This document shows, piece after piece, positions 1 through 10,554 of a stretch of 22,936 nt of DNA. Position numbers and translations under genes: made by a program. How positions within the stretch are numbered: the stretch's first letter is position 1; each line of letters opens with the position of its first letter. Source of the stretch: Utricularia gibba (lineage: Eukaryota > Plantae > Magnoliophyta); NCBI GenBank assembly GCA_002189035.1, contig NEEC01000265.1, forward strand, positions 1 through 22,936, given 5' to 3'. The notes below the pieces were generated by a model. The model had not been told where the DNA came from and ran no database searches. It worked only from the letters and a program-made list of their open reading frames with translations.

Positions 1-2157
1 TTTTTTGCCGAGCTACAAATGACTATGGGCCGAGCTCGACTCGACCTCCTGCTCGATACCGTTGCCCCACGAGAGCCTTATCAAATATAAAAGCATGCGG
101 TTGAGAAAACCATTTTGGTGCTCATGACATCCTAACTTCAATAAATGCATTACGATTATCGTCGAGTAGGACCTGATGTGGCAAAGGAGTCTGACCGAAC
201 CTTGGGTCTGAACGAAGTTCCCAACGACATCACCCGCCGAAAAACGACAAGCTTTTCCTTTAGAAACCATGTAGGCAGCCTATTAAAACCACGTTAATAA
301 ATGCATCAAGTTTTTTGCCGAGCTACAAATGACTAGGCCCGAGCTCGACTCGACCTCCTGCTCGATACCGTTGCCCCACTAGAGCGCCTCCTCAAATATA
401 AAGCATGCGGTTGAAAAAACCATTTTGGGTGCTCATGACATCCTAACTTCAATAAATGCATTACGATTATCGTCGAGTAGGACCGATGTGGCAAAGGAGT
501 CTGACCGAACCTTGGTCTGAACGAAGTTCCCAACGACATCACCCGCCGAAAAACGACAAGCTTTTCCTTTAGAAACCATGTAGGCAGCCTATTAAAACCC
601 AACGTTAGTAAATGCATCACGTTTTTTGCGGAGCTACAAATGAGTATGGGACCGAGCCCGACTCGACCTCCTGCCCGATACCGTGCCCCACTAGAGCGCC
701 TCCTCAAATACAAAGCATGCGATTGAGAAAACCATTTTGGGTGCTCATGAAATCCTAACTTCAATAACTGCATCACGATTTTCGTCGAGTAGGACCGATT
801 TGGCAAAGGAGACAGACCGAACCATGGTCAGAACGAAGTTCACAACGACATCACTCGCCAAAAACGACAAGCTTTTCCTTGAGAAACCATGAGCGGCCTA
901 TTAAAACCAACCGTTAATAAATGCATCAAGTTTTTTGCCGAGCTACAAATGACTATGGGCCCGAGCTCGACTCGACCTCCTGCTCGATACCGTTGCCCCA
1001 CGAGAGAGTGCCTTATCAAATATAAAGCATGCGGTTGAGAAAACCATTTTGGGTGCTCATGATATCCTAACTTCAATAACTGCATCACGATTTTCGTCGA
1101 GTAGGACCCGATGTGGCAAAGGAGTCAGAAGAACCTTGGGTCTGAACGAAGTTCACAACGACATCACCGCCCAAAAACGACAAGCTTTTCCTTGAGAAAA
1201 CCATTGAGGCGGCCTATTAAAACCAACGTTAATAAATGCATCAAGTTTTTGCCGAGCTACAAATGACTATGGGCCGAGCTCGACTCGACCTCCTGCTCGA
1301 TACCGTTGCCCCACGAGAGTGCCTTATCAAATATAAAGCATGCGGTTGAGAAAACCATTTTGGGTGCTCATGATATCCTAACTTCAATAACTGCATCACG
1401 ATTTTCGTCGAGTAGGACCCGATGTGGCAAAGGAGTCAGACAGAACCTTGGGTCCGAACGAAGTTCCCAACGACATCACCCGCCAAAAACGACAGCTTTT
1501 CCTTGAGAGAACTATTGAGGCAGCCTATTAAACCAACCGTTAATAAATGCATCAATTTTTTGCCGAGCTACAAATGACTATGGGCCGAGCTCGACTCGAC
1601 CTCCTGCTCGATACCGTTGCCCCACGAGAGTGCCTTATCAAATATAAAGCATGCGGTTGAGAAAACCATTTTGGGTGCTCATGATATCCTAACTTCAATA
1701 ACTGCATCACGATTTTCGTCGAGTAGGACCCGAGCAAAGGAGTCAGACAGAACCTTGGGTCCGAACGAAGTTCAACGACATCACCGCCAAAAACGACAAG
1801 CTTTTCCTTGAGAAACCATTGAGGCGGCCTATTAAAACCAACGTTAATAAATGCATCAAGTTTTTTGCCGAGCTACAAATGACTATGGGCCCGAGCTCGA
1901 CTCGACCTCCTGCTCGATACCGTTGCCCCACGAGAGTGCCTTATCAAATATAAAGCATGCGGTTGAGAAAACCATTTTGGGTGCTCATGATATCCTAACT
2001 TCAATAACTGCATCACGATTTTCGTCGAGTAGGACCCGATGTGGCAAAGGAGTCAGACAGAACCTTGGGTCCGAACGAAGTTCCCAACGACATCACCCGC
2101 CCAAAAACGACAGCTTTTCCTTGAGAAACATGTAGGCAGCCTATTAAAGCCAACGTT

Positions 2158-4028
2158 AATAAATGCATCAATTTTTTGCCGAGCTACAAATGACTATGGG
2201 CCCGAGCTCGACTCGACCTCCTGCTCGATACCGTTGCCCCACGAGAGCGCCTTATCAAATATAAAGCATGCGGTTGAGAAAACCATTTTGGGTGCTCATG
2301 ATATCCTAACTTCAATAACTGCATCACGATTTTCACCGAGTAGGACCCGATGTGGCAAAGGAGTCAGACCGAACCTTGGGTCTGAACGAAGTTCATAACG
2401 ACATCACCCGCCCAAAAACGACAAGCTTTTCCTTGAGAAACCATTGAGGCGGCCTATTAAAACCAACGTTAATAAATGCATCAAGTTTTTTGCCGAGCTA
2501 CAAATGACTATGGTTCGAGCTCGACTCGACCTCCTGCTCGATACCGTTGCCCCACGAGAGTGCCTTATCAAATATAAAGAATGCGATTGAGAAAACCATT
2601 TTGGGTGCTCATGAATCCTAACTTCAATAAATGCATTACGAATATCGTCGAGTAGGACCTGATGTGGCAAAGGAGTCTGACCGAACCTTGGGTCTGAACG
2701 AAGTTCCCAACGACATCACCCGCCGAAAAACGACAAGCTTTTCCTTGAGAAACCATGTAGGCAGCCTATTAAAACCCAACGTTAGTAAATGCATCACGTT
2801 TTTTGCGGAGCTACAAATGAGTATGGGACCGAGCCCGACTCGACCTTTGCCCGATACCGTGCCCCACTAGAGCGCCTCCTCAAATACAAAGCATGCGATT
2901 GAGAAACCATTTTGGGTGCTCATGAAATCCTAACTTCAATAACTGCATCACGATTTTCGTCGAGTAGGACCAGATTTGGCAAAGGAGACAGACCGAACCA
3001 TGGGTCAGAACGAAGTTCACAACGACATCACTCGCCCAAAAACGACAAGCTTTTCCTTGAGAAAACCATTGAGGCGGCCTATTAAAACCAACCGTTAATA
3101 AATGCATCAAGTTTTTTGCCGAGCTACAAATGACTATGGGCCCGAGCTCGACTCGACCTCCTGCTCGATACCGTTGCCCACTAGAGCGCCTCCTCAAATA
3201 TAAAGCATGCGGTTGAAAAAACCATTTTGGGTGCTCATGACATCCTAACTTCAATAAATGCATTACGATTATCGTCGAGTAGGACCGATGTGGCAAAGGA
3301 GTCTGACCGAACCTTGGGTCTGAACGAAGTTCCCAACGACATCACCCGCCGAAAAACGAAAAGCTTTTCCTTTAGAAACCATGTAGGCAGCCTATTAAAA
3401 CGTTAATAAATGCATCAAGTTTTTTGCCGAGCTACAAATGACTATGGGCCCGAGCTCGACTCGACCTCCTGCTCGATACCGTTGCCCCACTAGAGCGCCT
3501 ATCAAATATAAAGCATGCGTTGAAAAAACCATTTTGGGTGCTCATGACATCCTAACTTCAATAAATGCATTACGATTATCGTCGAGTAGGACCTGATGTG
3601 GCAAAGGAGTCTGACCGAACCTTGGGTCTGAACGAAGTTCCCAACGACATCACCCGCCGAAAAACGACAAGCTTTTCCTTAGAAACCATGTAGGCAGCCT
3701 ATTAAAACCCAACGTTAGTAAATGCATCACGTTTTTTGCGGAGCTACAAATGAGTATGGGACCGAGCCGACTCGACCTTTTGCCCGATACCGTGCCCCAC
3801 TAGAGCGCCTCCTCAAATACAAAGCATGCGATTGAGAAAACCATTTTGGGTGCTCATGAAATCCTAACTTCAATAACTGCATCACGATTTTCGTCGAGTA
3901 GGACCGATTTGGCAAAGGAGACAGACCGAACCATGGGTCAGAACGAAGTTCACAACGACATCACTCGCCCAAAACGACAAGCTTTTCCTTGAGAAAACCA
4001 TTGAGGCGGCCTATTAAAACCAACCGTT
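2158..4028 (+). repeat. 6-monomer HOR cassette (delta-epsilon-gamma-beta-beta-gamma), copy 1
   Basis: The epsilon marker AAAGAATGCGATT is at about 2576. Gamma monomers (AGTAAATGCATCACG, GAGTATGGGACC, TACAAAGCATGCGATT) have anchors at 2809 and 3742. Beta monomers (AAATGCATTACGATTATC, GAGTCTGACC, CCCGCCG, TTTAGAAACC) have anchors at 3122 and 3430. Confidence 0.8.
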
Positions 4029-7000
4029 AATAAATGCATCAAGTTTTTTGCCGAGCTACAAATGACTATGGGCCCGAGCTCGACTCGACCTCCTGCTCGA
4101 TACCGTTGCCCCACGAGAGTGCCTTATCAAATATAAAGCATGCGGTTGAGAAAACCATTTTGGGTGCTCATGATATCCTAACTTCAATAACTGCATCACG
4201 ATTTTCGTCGAGTAGGACCCGATGTGGCAAAGGAGTCAGACAGAACCTTGGGTCCGAACGAAGTTCCAACGACATCACAAAAACGACAAGCTTTTCCTTG
4301 AGAAAACCATTGAGGCGCCTATTAAAACCAACGTTAATAAATGCATCAAGTTTTTTGCCGAGCTACAAATGACTATGGGCCCGAGCTCGACTCGACCTCC
4401 TGCTCGATACCGTTGCCCCACGAGAGCGCCTCCTCAAATATAAAGCATGCGGTTGAAAAACCATTTTGGGTGCTCATGATCCTAACTTCAATAAATGCAT
4501 ACGATTATCGTCGAGTAGGACCTGATGTGGCAAAGGAGTCTGACCGAACCTGGGTCTGAACGAAGTTCCCAACGACATCACCCGCCGAAAAACGACAAGC
4601 TTTTCCTTTAGAAACCATGTAGGCAGCCTATTAAAACCAACGTTATAAATGCATCACGTTTTTGCGGAGCTACAAATGAGTATGGGCCGAGCCCGACTCG
4701 ACCTTTTGCCCGATACCGTGCCCCACTAGATCAAATACAAAGCATGCGATTGAGAAAACCATTTTGGGTGCTCATGAAATCCTAACTTCAATAATGCATC
4801 ACGATTTTCGTCGAGTAGGACCGATTTGGCAAAGGAGTCAGACCGAACCTTGGTCGAACGAAGTTCACAACGACATCACTCGCCAAAAACGACAAGCTTT
4901 TCCTTGAGAAAACCATTGAGGCGGCCTATTAAAACCAACCGTTAATAAATGCATCAAGTTTTTTGCCGAGCTACAAATGACTATGGCCCGAGCTCGACTC
5001 GACCTCCTGCTCGATACCGTTGCCCCACGAGAGTGCCTTATCAAATATAAAGCATGCGGTTGAGAAAACCATTTTGGGTGCTCATGATATCCTAACTTCA
5101 ATAACTGCATCACGATTTTCGTCGAGTAGGACCCGATGTGGCAAAGGAGTCAGACAGAACCTTGGGTCCGAACGAAGTTCACAACGACATCACCGCCCAA
5201 AAACGACAAGCTTTTCCTTGAGAAACCATTGAGGCGGCCTATTAAAACCAACGTTAATAAATGCATCAAGTTTTTTGCCGAGCTACAAATGACTATGGGC
5301 CCGACTCGACTCGACCTCCTGCTCGATACCGTTGCCCCACGAGAGTGCCTTATCAAATATAAAGCATGCGGTTGAGAAAACCATTTTGGGTGCTCATGAT
5401 CCTAACTTCAATAACTGCATCACGATTTTCGTCGAGTAGGACCCGATGTGGCAAAGGAGTCAGACAGAACCATGGGTCGAACGAAGTTCACAACGACATC
5501 ACTCGCCCCAAAAACGACAAGCTTTTCCTTGAGAAACCATGAGGCGGCCTATTAAAACCAACCGTTAATAAATGCATCAAGTTTTTTGCCGAGCTACAAA
5601 TGACTATGGGCCCGAGCTCGACTCGACCTCCTGCTCGATACCGTTGCCCCACGAGAGTGCCTTATCAAATATAAAGCATGCGGTTGAGAAAACCATTTTG
5701 GGTGCTCATGATATCCTAACTTCAATAACTGCATCACGATTTTCGTCGAGTAGGACCCGATGTGGCAAAGGAGTCAGACAGAACCTTGGGTCCGAACGAA
5801 GTTCCAACGACATCACCGCCAAAAACGACAAGCTTTTCCTTGAGAAAACCATTGAGGCGCCTATTAAAACCAACCGTTAATAAATGCATCAAGTTTTTTG
5901 CCGAGCTACAAATGACTATGGGCCCGAGCTCGACTCGACCTCCTGCTCGATACCGTTGCCCCACGAGAGTGCCTTATCAAATATAAAGCATGCGTTGAGA
6001 AAACCATTTTGGGTGCTCATGATATCCTAACTTCAATAACTGCATCACGATTTTCGTCGAGTAGGACCCGATGTGGCAAAGGAGTCAGACAGAACCTTGG
6101 GTCCGAACGAAGTTCACAACGACATCACTCGCCCAAAAACGACAGCTTTTCCTTGAGAAAACATGTAGGCAGCCTAATAAACCAACGTTAATAAATGCAT
6201 CAAGTTTTTTGCCGAGCTACAAATGACTATGGGCCCGAGCTCGACTCGACCTCCTGCTCGATACCGTTGCCCACGAGAGTGCCTTATCAAATATAAAGCA
6301 TGCGGTTGAGAAAACCATTTTGGTGCTCATGATATCCTAACTTCAATAACTTCATCACGATTTTTCGAGTAGGACCCGATGTGGCAAAGGAGTCAGACAG
6401 AACCTTGGGTCCGAACGAAGTTCCAACGACATCACCCGCCCAAAAACGAAGCTTTTCCTTGAGAAACATGTAGGCAGGCTAATAAACCAACGTTAATAAA
6501 TGCATCAATTTTTTTGCCGAGCTACAAATGACTATGGGCCCGAGCTCGACTCGACCTCCTGCTCGATACCGTTGCCCCACGAGAGTGCCTTATCAAATAT
6601 AAAGCATGCGGTTGAGAAAACCATTTTGGGTGCTCATGATATCCTAACTTCAATAACTGCATCACGATTTTCGTCGAGTAGGACCCGATGTGGCAAAGGA
6701 GTCAGACAGAACCTTGGGTCCGAACGAAGTTCACAACGACATCACTCGCCAAAAACGACAAGCTTTTCCTTGAGAAAACCATTGAGGCGGCCTATTAAAA
6801 CCAACGTTAATAAATGCATCAAGTTTTTTGCCGAGCTACAAATGACTATGGGCCCGAGCTCGACTCGACCTCCTGCTCGATACCGTTGCCCCACGAGAGT
6901 GCCTTATCAAATATAAAGCATGCGGTTGAGAAAACCATTTTGGGTGCTCATGATATCCTAACTTCAATAACTTCATCACGATTTTCGTCGAGTAGGACCC

Positions 7001-7119
7001 GATGTGGCAAAGGAGTCAGACAGAACCTTGGGTCCGAACGAAGTTCCCAACGACATCACCCGCCAAAAACGACAGCTTTTCCTTGAGAAAACATGTAGGC
7101 AGCCTAATAAACCAACGTT

Positions 7120-8987
7120 AATAAATGCATCAATTTTTTTGCCGAGCTACAAATGACTATGGGCCCGACCTCGACTCGACCTCCTGCTCGATACCGTTGC
7201 CCCACGAGAGCGCCTTATCAAATAAAAGCATGCGGTTGAGAAAACCATTTTGGGTGCTCATGATATCCTAACTTCAATAACTGCATCACGATTTTCGTCG
7301 AGTAGGACCCGATGTGGCAAAGGAGTCAGACCGAACCTTGGGTCTGAACGAAGTTCACAACGACATCACCCGCCAAAAACGACAAGCTTTTCCTTGAGAA
7401 ACCATTGAGGCGGCCTATTAAAACCAACGTTAATAAATGCATCAAGTTTTTTGCCGAGCTACAAATGACTATGGGTTCGAGCTCGACTCGACCTCCTGCT
7501 CGATACCGTTGCCCCACGAGAGTGCCTTATCAAATATAAAGAATGCGATTGAGAAAACCATTTTGGGTGCTCATGACATCCTAACTTCAATAAATGCATT
7601 ACGATTATCGTCGAGTAGGACCTGATGTGGCAAAGGAGTCTGACCGAACCTTGGGTCTGAACGAAGTTCCCAACGACATCACCCGCCGAAAAACGACAAG
7701 CTTTTCCTTGAGAAACCATGTAGGCCCTATTAAAACCCAACGTTAGTAAATGCATCACGTTTTTTGCGGAGCTACAAATGAGTATGGACCGAGCCCGACT
7801 CGACCTTTTGCCCGATACCGTGCCCCACTAGAGCGCCTCCTCAAATACAAAGCATGCGATTGAGAAAACCATTTTGGGTGCTCATGAAATCCTAACTTCA
7901 ATAACTGCATCACGATTTTCGTCGAGTAGGACCAGATTTGGCAAAGGAGACAGACCGAACCATGGGTCAGAACGAAGTTCACAACGACATCACTCGCCCA
8001 AAAACGACAAGCTTTTCCTTGAGAAAACCATTGAGGCGGCCTATTAAAACCAACCGTTAATAAATGCATCAAGTTTTTTGCCGAGCTACAAATGACTATG
8101 GCCCGAGCTCGACTCGACCTCCTGCTCGATACGTTGCCCCACTAGAGCGCCCCTCAAATATAAAGCATGCGGTTGAAAAAACCATTTTGGTGCTCATGAC
8201 ATCCTAACTTCAATAAATGCATTACGATTATCGTCGAGTAGGACCGATGTGGCAAAGGAGTCTGACCGAACCTTGGTCTGAACGAAGTTCCCAACGACAT
8301 CACCCGCCGAAAAACGACAAGCTTTTCCTTTAGAAACCATGTAGGCAGCCTATTAAAACCCCGTTAATAAATGCATCAAGTTTTTTGCCGAGCTACAAAT
8401 GACTATGGGCCCGAGCTCGACTCGACCTCCTGCTCGATACCGTTGCCCCACTAGAGCGCCTCCTCAAATATAAAGCATGCGGTTGAAAAAACCATTTTGG
8501 GTGCTCATGACATCCTAACTTCAATAAATGCATTACGATTATCGTCGAGTAGGACCTGATGTGGCAAAGGAGTCTGACCGAACCTTGGGTCTGAACGAAG
8601 TTCCCAACGACATCACCCGCCGAAAAACGACAAGCTTTTCCTTTAGAAACCATGTAGGCAGCCTATTAAAACCAACGTTATAAATGCATCAGTTTTTTGC
8701 GAGCTACAAATGACTATGGGACCGAGCCCGACTCGACCTTTTGCCGATACCGTTGCCCCACTAGAGCGCCTCCTCAAATACAAAGCATGCGATTGAGAAA
8801 ACCATTTTGGGTGCTCATGAAATCCTAACTTCAATAATTGCATCACGATTTTCGTCGAGTAGGACCGATTTGGCAAAGGAGTCAGACCGAACCTTGGGTC
8901 GAACGAAGTTCACAACGACATCACTCGCCCAAAAACGACAAGCTTTTCCTTGAGAAAACCATTGAGGGGCCTATTAAAACCAACGTT
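7120..8987 (+). repeat. 6-monomer HOR cassette, copy 2
   Basis: Same class order; epsilon marker GAATGCGATT at 7541 and GGTTCGAG at about 7474 (shared with copy 1 at about 2512). Confidence 0.8.
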
Positions 8988-9930
8988 AATAAATGCATCA
9001 AGTTTTTTGCCGAGCTACAAATGACTATGGGCCCGAGCTCGACTCGACCTCCTGCTCGATACCGTTGCCCCACGAGAGTGCCTTATCAAATATAAAGCAT
9101 GCGGTTGAGAAAACCATTTTGGGTGCTCATGATATCCTAACTTCAATAACTGCATCACGATTTTCGTCGAGTAGGACCCGATGTGGCAAAGGAGTCAGAC
9201 AGAACCTTGGGTCCGAACGAAGTTCACAACGACATCACTCGCCCAAAAACGACAAGCTTTTCCTTGAGAAAACCATTGAGGCGGCCTATTAAAACCAACC
9301 GTTAATAAATGCATCAAGTTTTTTGCCGAGCTACAAATGACTATGGGCCGAGCTCGACTCGACCTCCTGCTCGATACCGTTGCCCCCACGAGAGTGCCTT
9401 ATCAAATATAAAGCATGCGGTTGAGAAAACCATTTTGGGTGCTCATGATATCCTAACTTCAATAACTGCATCACGATTTTCGTCGAGTAGGACCCGATGT
9501 GGCAAAGGAGTCAGACAGAACCTTGGTCCGAACGAAGTTCACAACGACATCACTCGCCCAAAAACGACAAGCTTTTCCTTGAGAAAACCATTGAGGCGGC
9601 CTATTAAAACCAACCGTTAATAAATGCATCAAGTTTTTTGCCGAGCTACAAATGACTATGGGCCCGAGCTCGACTCGACCTCCTGCTCGATACCGTTGCC
9701 CCACGAGAGTGCCTTATCAAATATAAAGCATGCGGTTGAGAAAACCATTTTGGGTGCTCATGATATCCTAACTTCAATAACTGCATCACGATTTTCGTCG
9801 AGTAGGACCCGATGTGGCAAAGGAGTCAGACAGAACCTTGGGTCCGAACGAAGTTCCCAACGACATCACCCGCCCAAAAACGACAAGCTTTTCCTTGAAA
9901 ACATGTAGGCAGCCTATTAAAACCAACGTT

Positions 9931-10087
9931 AATAAATGCATCAAGTTTTTTGCCGAGCTACAAATGACTATGGGCCCGAGCTCGACTCGACCTCCTGCTC
10001 GATACCGTTGCCCCACGAGAGTGCCTTATCAAATATAAAGCATGCGGTTGAGAAAACCATTTTGGGTGCTCATGATATCCTAACTTC
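9931..10087 (+). repeat. Subunit A of the monomer (157 bp)
   Basis: Begins AATAAATGCATCAAGTTTTTTGCCGAG and carries TTGAGAAAACCATT at 10048-10061. Homologous to subunit B. Confidence 0.85.
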
Positions 10088-10245
10088 AATAACTGCATCA
10101 CGATTTTCGTCGAGTAGGACCCGATGTGGCAAAGGAGTCAGACAGAACCTTGGGTCCGAACGAAGTTCACAACGACATCACTCGCCAAAAACGACAAGCT
10201 TTTCCTTGAGAAAACCATTGAGGCGGCCTATTAAAACCAACCGTT
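10088..10245 (+). repeat. Subunit B of the monomer (158 bp here)
   Basis: Begins AATAACTGCATCACGATTTTCGTCGAG (22/27 identical to the start of A) and carries TTGAGAAAACCATT at 10206-10219, 158 bp after the copy in A. Confidence 0.85.
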
Positions 10246-10554
10246 AATAAATGCATCAAGTTTTTTGCCGAGCTACAAATGACTATGGGCCCGAGCTCGA
10301 CTCGACCTCCTGCTCGATACCGTTGCCCCACGAGAGTGCCTTATCAAATATAAAGCATGCGGTTGAGAAAACCATTTTGGTGCTCATGATATCCTAACTT
10401 CAATAACTGCATCACGATTTTCGTCGAGTAGGACCCGATGTGGCAAAGGAGTCAGACAGAACCTTGGGTCCGAACGAAGTTCCAACGACATCACCCGCCC
10501 AAAAACGACAGCTTTTCCTGAGAAACTATGTAGGCAGCCTAATAAACCAACGTT

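Larger units (their letters stand above)
9931..10245 (+). repeat. Representative full-length monomer (class alpha), 315 bp
   Basis: Runs from AATAAATGCATCAAG at 9931 to just before the next AATAAATGCATCAAG at 10246. Contains NsiI ATGCAT, ApaI GGGCCC, SacI GAGCTC, SphI GCATGC, BspHI TCATGA, EcoRV GATATC and HindIII AAGCTT sites. Confidence 0.95.

Noticed and set aside
10060-10087. Telomere-like heptamer TTTTGGG and TCCTAAC
   Set aside because: One single-mismatch match to TTTAGGG per monomer is about the chance expectation. No tandem TTTAGGG or TTAGGG array is present, so these do not independently show a subtelomeric location.
10100-10165. Possible CENP-B box (TTCG....A..CGGG)
   Set aside because: TTCG and CCCG words occur, but I found none with the required spacing on either strand.
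9931-10245. Cluster of restriction palindromes (ApaI, SacI, SphI, NsiI, HindIII, EcoRV, BspHI) resembling a polylinker
   Set aside because: About 5 six-base palindromes are expected by chance in 316 bp, and 6-8 are seen. The copies are naturally diverged and there is no vector sequence.
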